From Myxococcota bacterium (GTDB taxonomy: Bacteria; Myxococcota_A; Polyangia; Palsa-1104; JAEUJZ01), in assembly GCA_025057315.1 (NCBI GenBank), contig JANWXW010000048.1, forward strand, positions 93,140-157,139: a stretch of DNA of 64,000 nt, given 5' to 3'. This document shows positions 23,736-33,975 of this stretch, piece after piece; the stretch's first letter is position 1; each line of letters opens with the position of its first letter. The notes below the pieces were generated by a model. That model did not search any database and had not been told where the DNA came from. It was given only the letters and a program-made list of their open reading frames with translations. The translations under genes were made by a program, and so were the position numbers.

Positions 23736-25587
23736 CCTGGGGCCCCTATCACCTGATGAAGCGGCGGCCGCCGCGCTGGCCCGGCCGTGCTGCGGGGGCG
23801 TCAACGAGTTCGCCTTGAAGATCGCCACCGTCAACGGCACCGGCTCGGCCAGCGCCAACGGTCTGCTCATGCAGGCCATCTTCCGCATGGGCATCCCGGT
23901 GTCGGGCAAGAACGTGTTCCCCTCCAACATCCAGGGCTTGCCGACCTGGTACGAGATCCGCGCCAGCGGCCGTGGCCACACCGCCAGAACGCCGGTGTTC
24001 GATCTGATGGTGGCGATGAACCCCGCCACCTACCGGCAGGACATTGCCGAGGTCCGGTCTGGTGGCTATGTGCTGCACGACTCGACCTGGCCGCTGCAGC
24101 AGTCCTTGCAGCGCCCCGACGTCCATTTCCTGGGCATTCCGCTGGCGCGGTTGTGCGCCGAGGCCTTCCAGGGCGGGCGCGAACGGTTGCTCATGAAGAA
24201 CATCATGTATGTGGGCGCGCTGGCAGCCCTGCTGGACATCGACCTGGAGGTGGTCCGCACGCTCCTTGGCGAGCAGTACGGGGCCAAAAAAGGGCTGCTG
24301 GAGTCCAACGTCACGGCGTTGCGCATGGGTCACGAGTATGCGCTCGGCCACTTCGCGTGCCCGCTGCCGGTACGGCTGCAGCGGCTCTCGGCCACAGATG
24401 GACAGGTGCTGATGGATGGCAACACGGCTGCCGCGCTGGGCTGCCTCTACGCAGGAGCCACCGTCGCAGCCTGGTACCCGATTACGCCCGCCACCTCGGT
24501 GATGGAGGCCTTCCGCGGCTTCTGCTCGCGCTTCCGCAGGGACGAGCAGGGCCGCAATCGCTTTCTGATTGTGCAGGCCGAAGACGAGCTGGCCGCCGCG
24601 GGCATCGTCATTGGCGCGGGCTGGGCGGGGGCGCGCGCCTTCACCCCCACCAGCGGGCCGGGTATCTCGCTGATGAACGAGTTCATCGGGCTGGCCTACT
24701 ACGCCGAAATTCCGGCGGTGTTCATCGACGTGCAGCGGGCAGGACCCTCCACAGGCATGCCGACGCGCACGCAGCAGAGCGACCTGCTGCTGTGCGCCTA
24801 CGCCTCGCACGGTGACACCCGGCACATCCTGCTGCTGCCCGCAGACCCAGAGGAATGCTTCCACTTCGCGGTGCGGGCCTTTGACCTGGCCGAGCGCTTC
24901 CAGACGCCGGTCTTTGTGCTCAGCGATCTGGACATCGGCATGAATGATTGGATGATCCCCCGTTTGCGTTGGGACGACAGCTTCCGCCCCGACCGCGGCA
25001 AGGTGCCGTCGGCCGAGCAGCTCGAGCGCATGGAGATTTTTTATCGCTACCTCGACGTGGACGGAGACGGAATCTGTGCGCGCACCTTGCCTGGCATCCA
25101 CCCGCGGGGGGCCTACTTCACTCGCGGCTCGGGCCACAACAAGTTGGGCGGGTATACCGAGGATGCAGCCGAGTACACCGAGGTCATGCAGCGGCTGGCC
25201 CGCAAAATCCGCGGTGCTGCCGAGGCCGTGCCAGGGCCGATCATCCTGCGACGTGAGGGCGCCCGGGCCAGCCTCGTGACCATGGGGGGCTGCGACCGGG
25301 CGGTGCGTGAGGCGATCGATCGGCTGGCTGAGGAGGGCCTGCCACTTGACTACATGCGCGTGCGCGGGTTCCCCTTTGGCGATGCCGTGGCGCGATTTCT
25401 CGCCGAGCATGAGATCAACTGGGTGGTGGAGCAGAACCGCGATGCGCAGCTGCGCTCGTTGCTCCTGCTGGAGACCAAGGTCGCCCGGGAGCGGCTCCGG
25501 TCCATCACCAGCTACGGCGGGCTCCCCTTGAGCTGGCAGCAAGTCGCCGAGGGCATCCTGCATGACGGAGAGCAGAGTGTCCCATGA
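23728..25587 (+). CDS. korA: 2-oxoacid:ferredoxin oxidoreductase, fused gamma/alpha subunit
   Basis: The N-terminal gamma-like domain (KIATVNGTGSASANGLL) is followed by the alpha (pyrimidine-binding) domain. The gene is translationally coupled to its neighbours. Confidence 0.9.
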   Translation: MNDLGPLSPDEAAAAALARPCCGGVNEFALKIATVNGTGSASANGLLMQAIFRMGIPVSGKNVFPSNIQGLPTWYEIRASGRGHTARTPVFDLMVAMNPATYRQDIAEVRSGGYVLHDSTWPLQQSLQRPDVHFLGIPLARLCAEAFQGGRERLLMKNIMYVGALAALLDIDLEVVRTLLGEQYGAKKGLLESNVTALRMGHEYALGHFACPLPVRLQRLSATDGQVLMDGNTAAALGCLYAGATVAAWYPITPATSVMEAFRGFCSRFRRDEQGRNRFLIVQAEDELAAAGIVIGAGWAGARAFTPTSGPGISLMNEFIGLAYYAEIPAVFIDVQRAGPSTGMPTRTQQSDLLLCAYASHGDTRHILLLPADPEECFHFAVRAFDLAERFQTPVFVLSDLDIGMNDWMIPRLRWDDSFRPDRGKVPSAEQLERMEIFYRYLDVDGDGICARTLPGIHPRGAYFTRGSGHNKLGGYTEDAAEYTEVMQRLARKIRGAAEAVPGPIILRREGARASLVTMGGCDRAVREAIDRLAEEGLPLDYMRVRGFPFGDAVARFLAEHEINWVVEQNRDAQLRSLLLLETKVARERLRSITSYGGLPLSWQQVAEGILHDGEQSVP

Positions 25588-26639
25588 CCTACCTTCCCAA
25601 GCCCAAGGTCCACCATCCCGACCTACCGCGCAACGCGCTTGGCTTGACGCGGCGCGATTACGAAGGATCCCTCTCGACGCTGTGTGCCGGCTGTGGACAC
25701 GACTCCGTGACGGCCGCCCTCATCCTGGCCTTCTTCGAGCTGGACATCCCGCCCCACCGCGTGGCCAAGTTGAGCGGCATCGGCTGCTCCTCCAAGACAC
25801 CGACCTACTTTTTGCGCGAGGCCCATGGCTTCAACGGCGTGCATGGACGCATGCCGGCGCTGGCCACCGGGGTCAGTGCAGCCCGCCGTGACCTCTGGTT
25901 GGTCGGCATCTCTGGCGATGGCGATTCGCTGTCCATCGGCCTGGGCCAGTTCTGCCACGCCATCCGCCGCCGTGTGCGCATGGTCTACATCCTGGAGAAC
26001 AATGGGGTGTACGGGCTGACCAAGGGACAGTTCTCAGCCTCGGCTGACATCGGGTCCAAGTCCAAAAAGGGCGAGCCCAACCAGCAGGCGCCGATTGACC
26101 CGGTGCTGCTGGCACTGTCGCTGGGCGCCACTTTCGTTGCGCGCGGCTTCTCCGGTGACAAGGAGCAGCTGGTGCCGATCCTTAAGGCAGCTTTTCGCCA
26201 CCACGGCTTTGCCTTCGTGGACGTCATCTCTCCCTGCGTGACATTCAACGACCACGAGGGCTCGACCAAGAGCTACCAGTACACGCGCGACCACTACAAG
26301 CCGGTTGTGCATGCGGACTTCGTGCCGACCCACCAGGAGATTGTCGCCCACAGCGAGGAGGGCGGTGTCTTGGACATCCGGCTGCACGACGGCAGCGTGC
26401 TCAGGCTGCGCCGGACCGAAAGAGACTACGATCCCACCAGCCGCGACGCGGCCTACGCTTACGTTCGGCGGCACCAAGACCAGGGCGAAGTCGTCACGGG
26501 CATCCTGTACATCGACAGCAGCCCATCGGAGATGCATGCCCTTAGCGGCACGGTCGAAACGCCGCTGGCGCAGATTCCCTACGAGCAGCTCTGCCCCGGC
26601 GGGGCCGCGCTGGACCAGCTCATGGACAGCTTCCGCTGA
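25584..26639 (+). CDS. korB: 2-oxoacid:ferredoxin oxidoreductase beta subunit (TPP-binding)
   Basis: CAGCGHD Cys motif, TPP-binding GDG...N region (ISGDGDSLSIGLGQ...ILENNGVYGLT). It overlaps the korA stop (ATGA). Confidence 0.9.
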   Translation: MTYLPKPKVHHPDLPRNALGLTRRDYEGSLSTLCAGCGHDSVTAALILAFFELDIPPHRVAKLSGIGCSSKTPTYFLREAHGFNGVHGRMPALATGVSAARRDLWLVGISGDGDSLSIGLGQFCHAIRRRVRMVYILENNGVYGLTKGQFSASADIGSKSKKGEPNQQAPIDPVLLALSLGATFVARGFSGDKEQLVPILKAAFRHHGFAFVDVISPCVTFNDHEGSTKSYQYTRDHYKPVVHADFVPTHQEIVAHSEEGGVLDIRLHDGSVLRLRRTERDYDPTSRDAAYAYVRRHQDQGEVVTGILYIDSSPSEMHALSGTVETPLAQIPYEQLCPGGAALDQLMDSFR

Positions 26640-26851
26640 TGCAGGGGGTGGTCCTGACCGGAACATGGCCTCTTGGGCGGAGGAGCGAGCGGGGAGGCGG
26701 CCCACCGTGGCCGAGGCGGCTGCAGCAGGCCATGGTCATGACCCGGTGGGGGGTGTCCATCATAGACCTGGGCGCGCCGAGGCTGCTGCGATCGATTCTC
26801 AACCCCATCCCGTGCAGCTGACCGGGGCGAGCCCGCTATGATAGGCCCTGC

Positions 26852-29239
26852 ATGTCTGTGGTCATCTCCGACAAAACCCGTGCTGACCTGGGCTGGGACG
26901 TCCTGCTGGGGCACCTGGCGGACCGCTGCCACACGCTGCGCGGCAAGGCCCTGGCGCAGCAGCTCTCGCTGTTGCCCACGGCCGAGGACGCCCACGCCCG
27001 CCAGGCCGAGATCGCGGAGGCACGGGGGCTAGCCGACAGAGGGGAGGGCCTGCCCCTGGGCGGGGTGAGCGACGTGAGCCCATCCCTGGAGCGCGCATGC
27101 AAGGGCGGGGTGCTCTCGCCCCAGGAGCTGTGCGACATCGGACGGACGCTAGAGGCAGGAGCCCGGCTGCGCCGCCACCTTCTCTGCCGCGGGGAGTGCG
27201 TCCCACGCCTGATGGGACGGGCACTGCTTCTGACGGAGCTGCGCGAGCTTGCCACGGCCATTGCGGATGCACTCGATGAGTCGGCCGAACTGCGCGACAC
27301 GGCCTCGCCGGCGCTGCGCGCCCTGCGCCAGAAAGTGCAAGCGCTGGGCGCGGAGCTGTCACGGCGCGCCGAATCGCTGCTGTCTGAAGGGCACATCGAG
27401 CCGCACCTGCAGGACCGCTTCGTGACGCAGCGCGAGGGACGCTATGTGCTGCCGGTGCGCGCCGACGCCCGCACGCGGGTGCGCGGCATTGTCCACGGAG
27501 TGAGCGCCTCAGGGGCCACAGTCTTTGTGGAGCCAGAAGAAATCATCGACCTGAACAACCGGCTGCGGCTGGCCCAGCTCGAGATGGCCGATGAGGAACG
27601 GCGCATCCTGGCCGAGCTGTCGCGCAGCGTGTCCGAGGCCGCACCGCGCATCAGGCAGAACTTGGAGATCCTGACTACCCTGGACCTGATCGCTGCTGCG
27701 GCACAGCTGTCGAGCGACCTGCGGGCCGTGCCGGTGACGCTGTTGCCGACGGGGACGGGAAGCATCGACCTGCGCAACATACGCCACCCCCTGCTCCATC
27801 TGGCCGGCGTGCAGGTGGTGCCGAGCGACCTGGTGTGCCCGGCCGGCGGAGCTCTGGTCATCACAGGCCCCAATGCCGGTGGCAAGACCGTCGCCCTCAA
27901 AGCAGTCGGGCTGTGCGTGCTCATGGCACGCGCCGGCCTTCACTGCCCTGTGCAGGAGGGCTCTTCGCTGCCTCTGTTCGAAGAGGTACTCACCGACATC
28001 GGCGATGACCAGAGCCTGGAGCGCAGCCTGTCGACGTTTTCGGCCCACGTGCTCAACGTCCGCGCCTTTCTTGAGCGTGCCGGGCCCGGGACGCTGGTGC
28101 TCCTGGATGAGGTCCTCTCGGGCACCGACCCCGAGCAGGGGGCGGCGCTAGCACAGGCCGTGCTGGAGCGACTGGTGGCGCTGTCGGCGACGGTGGTGGT
28201 AACCACCCATCACGATCGCCTCAAGGCGCTGGCTGCCACGCAGCCGCGGTTTCACAATGCCAGCGTCGGCTATGACATGGAGCGGCTAGAGCCGACTTAC
28301 CGCCTACACCTGGGCGTGCCGGGGTCTTCAGGGGCGCTGCGGGTGGCCCGGCGTCTGGGCCTGCCCGAGGAGGTGGTGGCCCGGGCGGAGGCGCTGCTAG
28401 GCGCGCGGCAGAGCGACCTGGAGGCGCTGCTCCAGCTGCTGTCGCAGGAGCGAGAGCTGCTCACAGCCGAGCGGCAGGCAGCGGCCGAGGCGCGGCGAAG
28501 CGCCCAGGTGCGCGAGCAGGAGGCAGCCCAGCTGCTCCAGGAAGCGCGGGCGGAACTACGTCGTGCGCGGCGTGCAGCCCACGATGAGGCGGTGGTGGCG
28601 CTGCGGCGTGCCCGGCAGGAGCTGGAGGAGGCCCAGCGCGCAGTCCGCCTGGCCAGGGAACAGCCCGGTCGGGTCGAGGCTCTGCAGGAGGCACGGCAGC
28701 AGATCGACCGCCTGGCACGTGAGGTGGCGACCCGGGCACCGGAGCCGGATGCCCCAGCTGGTCGCGCTGCCACAGCGCAGGACCTGGTGCCCGGTGCGGA
28801 GGTGCTGGTGCCCCGCATGGGTGCACGGGGCACGGTGCTGACAGAGCCTGTGCGTGGCAAGGTGGTGGTGCAGGTGGGCGCGCTGCGCCTCAGTGTCGAG
28901 GCCGCTGAACTCCGCATTCCCGAGGGCACCGTGCGTCCACGTGGGACGGCATCGCCAACCCCCGCCCCAGCCCCGCGGCCGCCGTATGTGCGCACAGCGG
29001 AGACAACACTGGACCTGCGCGGCGAGCGAGTCGAGGCAGCGCTGGCCCTGGCCGAGAAGTTTCTAGACGACGCCCTGAGGCAGGGCCTGCCAGCCATCTA
29101 CCTCCTTCATGGCCATGGCACCGGTGCGCTGCGCGCCGCCCTGCGCGAGCACTTCCGCAACCATCCCGCTGTGGCTGCCCTGCGCCCTGCCAGCCAGAGC
29201 GAGGGCGGAGATGGCGTCACCATCCTGGAGCTAGCATGA
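26852..29239 (+). CDS. mutS2: Endonuclease MutS2 (MutS family ATPase with C-terminal Smr domain)
   Basis: Walker A (ITGPNAGGKT), the MutS signature, long coiled coils, and a C-terminal Smr domain (LDLRGERVEAALALAEKFLDDA...LLHGHGTGALR). Confidence 0.9.
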   Translation: MSVVISDKTRADLGWDVLLGHLADRCHTLRGKALAQQLSLLPTAEDAHARQAEIAEARGLADRGEGLPLGGVSDVSPSLERACKGGVLSPQELCDIGRTLEAGARLRRHLLCRGECVPRLMGRALLLTELRELATAIADALDESAELRDTASPALRALRQKVQALGAELSRRAESLLSEGHIEPHLQDRFVTQREGRYVLPVRADARTRVRGIVHGVSASGATVFVEPEEIIDLNNRLRLAQLEMADEERRILAELSRSVSEAAPRIRQNLEILTTLDLIAAAAQLSSDLRAVPVTLLPTGTGSIDLRNIRHPLLHLAGVQVVPSDLVCPAGGALVITGPNAGGKTVALKAVGLCVLMARAGLHCPVQEGSSLPLFEEVLTDIGDDQSLERSLSTFSAHVLNVRAFLERAGPGTLVLLDEVLSGTDPEQGAALAQAVLERLVALSATVVVTTHHDRLKALAATQPRFHNASVGYDMERLEPTYRLHLGVPGSSGALRVARRLGLPEEVVARAEALLGARQSDLEALLQLLSQERELLTAERQAAAEARRSAQVREQEAAQLLQEARAELRRARRAAHDEAVVALRRARQELEEAQRAVRLAREQPGRVEALQEARQQIDRLAREVATRAPEPDAPAGRAATAQDLVPGAEVLVPRMGARGTVLTEPVRGKVVVQVGALRLSVEAAELRIPEGTVRPRGTASPTPAPAPRPPYVRTAETTLDLRGERVEAALALAEKFLDDALRQGLPAIYLLHGHGTGALRAALREHFRNHPAVAALRPASQSEGGDGVTILELA

Positions 29240-29389
29240 CGCTGGGCTCCTCAGGTGCCTTGACCAGCTCTGGGTGCCTCGCTCGGGCCCAGCTTGGGAC
29301 ATCCCGTGCGGACTTGGTGGCCGCCCTGGCTTCCGATGGCAGCGTGCGTTGCGTGAACCGGGCTCCCCGTATGGCCCCTCCAGGGGGGC

Positions 29390-30367
29390 TTACCGGCTCC
29401 AGCCCATCGAATCAAACCAGCTGTAGGTGTCCGCCAGCGTCTGTTCGAAGGGGCGCGGTGCGTAGCCCAGCTCGCGCGCGGCCCGCTCGTAGCGGACCTG
29501 CCGGTTGCCCTGCAGGGCCCGCAGCGCATCGCGCGTCAACAGCGGTCGGCGGCCTAGAACCCGACTGATCAGCTCCACCGGTGGTGCTGCCAGGCGCGCC
29601 AGCCCCATTGGGACCTCCAGTCGCGGTGCAGCAGCGCCGGTGATGGCAGCGGATGCGCGCGCCAGCTCGCGCATCGATCGCCAGTGTCCCCCCAGCAGGT
29701 ACCGCTGTCCCGTACGGCCACGCGCCGCCGCCTGGATGATCCCCTCGGCCACGTCGCGGGCATCGACCCAGTTGAAGCCACCCGCCACCAGCGCCGGCAG
29801 CCTGCCTCGTCGCAGGTCCAGCAGCACCTGCCCCATGTGGGATGGACGGAAGTCATTGGGTCCGATCACCCCGGTGGGGTTGACGATGACCGCGTCCAAG
29901 CCCTGGGCCACGGCGTCCCGCACCACGGCCTCCCCTTCAGCTTTGGTGCGGTCGTACGCTGGCGCCTCCGCGCCGGCCGGCGCTCGTTCCTCGTCCAGGG
30001 GCTCGCTGAGCGGCTGCTGCGACAGCGCGTGGACCGAGCTCACGTGCACCAGGCGCCGCACCCCGACGGCACGGCATGCCTCCACCACATGCCGCGTGCC
30101 ATCGACATGGACCGCACGCATAATGCGCTCTTGAGTGGGCAGTAGACCGATGTGCGCAGCCAGGTGATAGACCACCTCGGCGCCGACAAAGGCCCGCCTC
30201 AGGCTCTCCGGGTCGAGCACGTCGCCGCGTACCTGCTCTAGCGGCAGGCCGGCCACACCGCGGGAATCGGTATGAATTAGGGCGCGAACCCGCTGGCCTT
30301 GCCCCAGGAGCGCACGACACAGATTGGCGCCGATGTGACCCGAGGCCCCGGTGACCACGACCGTCAT
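29390..30367 (-). CDS. NAD-dependent epimerase/dehydratase family protein (extended SDR)
   Basis: MTVVVTGASGHIGANL (TGxxGxxG) and YxxxK (APAYDRTK). Trimmed to the internal ATG at 30367. Confidence 0.8.
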   Translation of the reverse strand: MTVVVTGASGHIGANLCRALLGQGQRVRALIHTDSRGVAGLPLEQVRGDVLDPESLRRAFVGAEVVYHLAAHIGLLPTQERIMRAVHVDGTRHVVEACRAVGVRRLVHVSSVHALSQQPLSEPLDEERAPAGAEAPAYDRTKAEGEAVVRDAVAQGLDAVIVNPTGVIGPNDFRPSHMGQVLLDLRRGRLPALVAGGFNWVDARDVAEGIIQAAARGRTGQRYLLGGHWRSMRELARASAAITGAAAPRLEVPMGLARLAAPPVELISRVLGRRPLLTRDALRALQGNRQVRYERAARELGYAPRPFEQTLADTYSWFDSMGWSR

Positions 30368-30458
30368 AGCACCCTTATACTGAAGACGGCGCCCAGGGGA
30401 TAGCGCCAGCCAGCGGCCTGTGTACAATGCCCCGCCCAGCAGGAGGCAAAGACCCTAG

Positions 30459-31901
30459 ATGACCACCGAGCGCACCCAGTCCGACTCTGATGATAGGCGT
30501 ATGGACAAGATTGTTGCCCTGACCCGCCGACGGGGCTTCATCTTTCAGTCGTCCGAACTGTACGGCGGCATCAATGGCGCCTGGGACTACGGTCCGGTCG
30601 GGGTCCAGCTCAAGCGCAACGTGAAGGATGCATGGTGGCGCTCGCTGGTGGAAGAACGCGACGACATCGTGGGGCTGGACACGGCCATTCTAATGCACCC
30701 CATGGTGTGGAAAGCCTCTGGGCATGTGGATGGCTTCTCCGACCCCATGGTGGACTGCAAGTTGTGCAAGAAGCGCTTCCGCGCCGACGACCTAGACAAT
30801 GCCATCTGCGGCCAAAAGCCCTCCAAGCGCCCCGGTCAGTGTGGAGGCGAGCTGACCGAGCCACGGAACTTCAACCTGATGTTCGAGACCTTCCTGGGGC
30901 CAGTCAGCGATACCTCCTCACGGACATTTCTGCGGCCAGAGACAGCGCAGGGCATCTTCGTCAACTTTGCCAACGTCGTGGCCACCACGCGGGTCAAAAT
31001 TCCCTTTGGTATCGCGCAGATTGGCAAGTCGTTCCGCAACGAGATCAACCCGCGCAACTTCACCTTCCGCTCGCGCGAGTTCGAGCAGATGGAGCTGGAG
31101 TTTTTCGTCAAACCCGGCACCGATGAGGAGTGGTTTCACCGATGGGTACAGTGGCGGCGCGACTGGTACATCGGACTGGGCATCCGGCCCGAAAACCTGC
31201 GGCTCGTGCCGCACGAAAAGCTGGCCCACTACTCCAGGGCCACCACCGACGTGGAATATCGCTTCCCCTTTGGCTGGGGGGAACTGGAGGGCATTGCCAA
31301 CCGCGGTGACTTTGACCTTCGGCAGCATCAGCGGGGCATCCGCACCGTTGCCCGGTGGGACGGCGGCGACTTGCAGGCGCTGCAACTGGTCGAAGAGGAG
31401 CAGGACTGGCATCGGGGCAAGCTGTCTTACTTTGATGAGGAGACCAAACAGCGCTACATCCCCTATGTGATCGAGCCAGCTGCCGGTGCCGACCGCGCCA
31501 CCCTGGCCTTCCTCTGCGATGCCTATGATGAGGACAGCGCACCTGATGCCAAGGGACAGCTGGAGACGCGCGAGGTGTTGCGGCTCCACCCGCGGCTGGC
31601 ACCGGTGAAGGCGGCGGTACTGCCCCTTGTGCGCAAAGACGGGCAGCCGGAGCGGGCGATGCGTATCTACGAGGCCCTGAAACGGCGCTACGTCGTTGAA
31701 TATGATGAGTCAGGCTCGATCGGAAAGCGCTACCGTAGGCAAGATGAGATCGGCACACCATTGTGCATCACCATCGACTACGATACGAGCAAAGATGGCA
31801 CGGTGACCGTGCGTGACCGCGACAGCATGCGGCAGGTGCGCGTCTCCGAAGACCGCCTGCTAGAGCTGCTGGACGAAACGATTCATAGGGAACCGAGGTG
31901 A
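30459..31901 (+). CDS. glyQS: Glycine--tRNA ligase, alpha2 (single-chain) type
   Basis: Class II aaRS motifs (FQSSELYGGINGAWDYGP...), the eukaryote/archaeal-like dimeric GlyRS architecture, and a C-terminal anticodon-binding domain. AGGAGG lies 13 nt upstream of the ATG at 30459. An alternative start is 30501 (MDKIVAL). Confidence 0.9.
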   Translation: MTTERTQSDSDDRRMDKIVALTRRRGFIFQSSELYGGINGAWDYGPVGVQLKRNVKDAWWRSLVEERDDIVGLDTAILMHPMVWKASGHVDGFSDPMVDCKLCKKRFRADDLDNAICGQKPSKRPGQCGGELTEPRNFNLMFETFLGPVSDTSSRTFLRPETAQGIFVNFANVVATTRVKIPFGIAQIGKSFRNEINPRNFTFRSREFEQMELEFFVKPGTDEEWFHRWVQWRRDWYIGLGIRPENLRLVPHEKLAHYSRATTDVEYRFPFGWGELEGIANRGDFDLRQHQRGIRTVARWDGGDLQALQLVEEEQDWHRGKLSYFDEETKQRYIPYVIEPAAGADRATLAFLCDAYDEDSAPDAKGQLETREVLRLHPRLAPVKAAVLPLVRKDGQPERAMRIYEALKRRYVVEYDESGSIGKRYRRQDEIGTPLCITIDYDTSKDGTVTVRDRDSMRQVRVSEDRLLELLDETIHREPR

Positions 31902-31904
31902 ACC

Positions 31905-32645
31905 ATGTCCGGCCACAACCGCTGGTCCACGATCAAGCACAGGAAGGCCATCGCCGATGCCAAGAAGTCCAAAGGGTGGACCAAGCTGCTCAAGGAGGTC
32001 ACGGTGGCCGCCCGGGGGGGCAGTGACCCTGGAGGCAACCCCCGACTGCGCGCAGCCATCGAGAAGGCCCGTGCTGCCAACATTCCCAACGACACCATCG
32101 AGCGCGCCGTCAAGAAAGGCTCCGGAGAGCTGACCGCCGACCAGCTGGAGGAACTGACCTACCAGGCCTATGGTCCAGGCGGCGTGGCCATCGTCATCGA
32201 GCTGGCCACCGACAACCGCAACCGCACCGCCTCCGAATTGCGCAAGCTGCTGGAAAAACAGAACGCCAAGATCGACACTTCCGGGTCTGTGATGCACAAG
32301 TTCAAGCGGCGCGGTCAGCTCATCTTCGATGCAGCCAAACATAGCGAGGATGCCATCACCGAGGCGGCTCTGGATCTGGGTGCCGAGGATGTGCGCGCCG
32401 AGGGCGATACGATCGTGGTGTTGACCGAGGCGCAGGACTTTCATCAAATCAAAGAAGCATTTGAGAAGCGGGGGCTGGTGCCCGAGAGCGGCGAGGTGGC
32501 GCTGGTGCCCGAGCAGACCGTGACGGTGGGCGAGCACGACGCTGAGGTCATCACCCGACTGCTGGAGGCGTTGGACGACCATGACGACGTGCTCAACGTC
32601 TATGCCAACTTCGAGGTGGCTGGCGGAGCGGCACAGACCTCGTGA
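31905..32645 (+). CDS. yebC: YebC/PmpR family DNA-binding transcriptional regulator
   Basis: MSGHNRWSTIKHRK...GGSDPGGNPRL is the invariant family N-terminus. Confidence 0.9.
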   Translation: MSGHNRWSTIKHRKAIADAKKSKGWTKLLKEVTVAARGGSDPGGNPRLRAAIEKARAANIPNDTIERAVKKGSGELTADQLEELTYQAYGPGGVAIVIELATDNRNRTASELRKLLEKQNAKIDTSGSVMHKFKRRGQLIFDAAKHSEDAITEAALDLGAEDVRAEGDTIVVLTEAQDFHQIKEAFEKRGLVPESGEVALVPEQTVTVGEHDAEVITRLLEALDDHDDVLNVYANFEVAGGAAQTS

Positions 32646-33148
32646 GAATCCTGGGTATCGATCCAGGGACACGGCTGTGCGGCTATGGCGTCATCGAGGT
32701 GGAGCCGGCAGGACAGCTGCGCTACGTTGAGTGCGGCGTGATGCAGCTTGGCGAGGGGAGGCCGCTGCCCATGCGGCTGCGGCAACTCTTTGCCGACTTG
32801 GGCGAGGTGGTCGGTGATCTGCAGCCGAACGAGGTGGCCCTGGAGGCGATTTTTCATGGCAAACATACCCAAGCGGCGCTGCGGCTGGGGCACGCTCGGG
32901 GGGTGGTGATGCTTCTGTGCGCGCAGGCTGAGTTGCGCCTGTTCGAATACACGCCTGCGACGGTCAAGCGGGCTGTCGTGGGGCACGGCCGTGCCAGCAA
33001 AGCCCAGGTGCAACAGATGGTGCGCTGGCAGTGCGGCCTGCGCTCCCCCCCTGCGCCCGATGCGGCAGATGCGCTGGCCCTGGCTCTGTGCCATGCCTAC
33101 CACCGCGGCGCCTCGGCATGGACCACGCGCAACAGGAGGCATACATGA
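32642..33148 (+). CDS. ruvC: Holliday junction resolvase RuvC
   Basis: MRILGIDPGTRLCGYGV (catalytic Asp), E at position 66, and conserved C-terminal acidic residues. The GTG start overlaps the yebC stop. Confidence 0.9.
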   Translation: MRILGIDPGTRLCGYGVIEVEPAGQLRYVECGVMQLGEGRPLPMRLRQLFADLGEVVGDLQPNEVALEAIFHGKHTQAALRLGHARGVVMLLCAQAELRLFEYTPATVKRAVVGHGRASKAQVQQMVRWQCGLRSPPAPDAADALALALCHAYHRGASAWTTRNRRHT

Positions 33149-33741
33149 TTGCCCGGCTGCGCGGGACGCTCATCGACAAGGGCCTGGACACGGTGGTGCT
33201 GGACGTGGGCGGAGTGGCCTATGAGGTAGCCGTGTCGCTGCAGACGCTGCAGGCCTTGCCCCCTGTCGGCCAGGAGGCCACGCTGCGGACCTACCTGCAG
33301 GTGCGCGAGGACGCGCTGCAGCTCTACGGGTTTGCTGATGAGGAGGAGCGGCGTGCCTTTCTGCTGTGCATTTCGGTCAGCGGCGTGGGTCCCCGTCTGG
33401 CCCTCGCTGTGCTTTCTGGCCTCGACCCTCAGGGGCTGGCGCAGGCCGTCCAGCGCGGCGATGTGGCCCGTCTCATGCGTCTGCCAGGCATCGGCAAAAA
33501 GACCGCCGAGCGCCTCGTGGTGGAGCTGCGGGATCGGTTCGGGCCGCCGCGCGGGCGGGGGGGTGCGCCGGCCGGTGCCCTTTCTAGCGGTCCGGGTGCC
33601 GAGGTCGTGGCTGCGCTGCAGAACCTGGGCTACCGCCCGCAGGAGGCAGAGCGGGCTGCCCAGCAGGCGCTGGCCCGGGAGCCCGACGCCCCGCTGGAGG
33701 TGCTGCTCCGCATCGCGCTGAGGGCCCTGCAGCGCGACTGA
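33145..33741 (+). CDS. ruvA: Holliday junction branch-migration protein RuvA
   Basis: MIARLRGTL..., helix-hairpin-helix (LMRLPGIGKKTAERLVVEL), and a C-terminal RuvB-interaction domain. The ATG overlaps the ruvC stop (ATGA). No ruvB follows. Confidence 0.9.
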   Translation: MIARLRGTLIDKGLDTVVLDVGGVAYEVAVSLQTLQALPPVGQEATLRTYLQVREDALQLYGFADEEERRAFLLCISVSGVGPRLALAVLSGLDPQGLAQAVQRGDVARLMRLPGIGKKTAERLVVELRDRFGPPRGRGGAPAGALSSGPGAEVVAALQNLGYRPQEAERAAQQALAREPDAPLEVLLRIALRALQRD

Positions 33742-33975
33742 TCGCCTGGACAACGAAGCCTGTCTCAGAAGACCTGTCCCGTGTCAGGGTCTTTCGACCC
33801 CGCAAGGGGTCCTTTGACCCTAGCTTCGATGGAGCACGCGGTGCATGGGTGAGCCGCAACTGCACGAGATGATAGAAGCCGGGGAGCCCGTTTGACCACG
33901 GCGGAGACGGCATGGCTCTTGCCGTGTGCCCTAGCTTAGGTCGGGGCTGTTTATCCCCGATGCTCAGGGATCAGC

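Noticed and set aside
23749-25563. 604-aa minus-strand ORF over korA
   Set aside because: It is antisense to a strongly supported korA.
30459-30500. Alternative glyQS start at 30501 (MDKIVAL...)
   Set aside because: It was not adopted because AGGAGG precedes the 30459 ATG at ideal spacing. The N-terminal 14 residues are atypical, so it remains possible.
31860-32672. 270-aa minus-strand ORF over yebC
   Set aside because: It is antisense to the conserved YebC gene.
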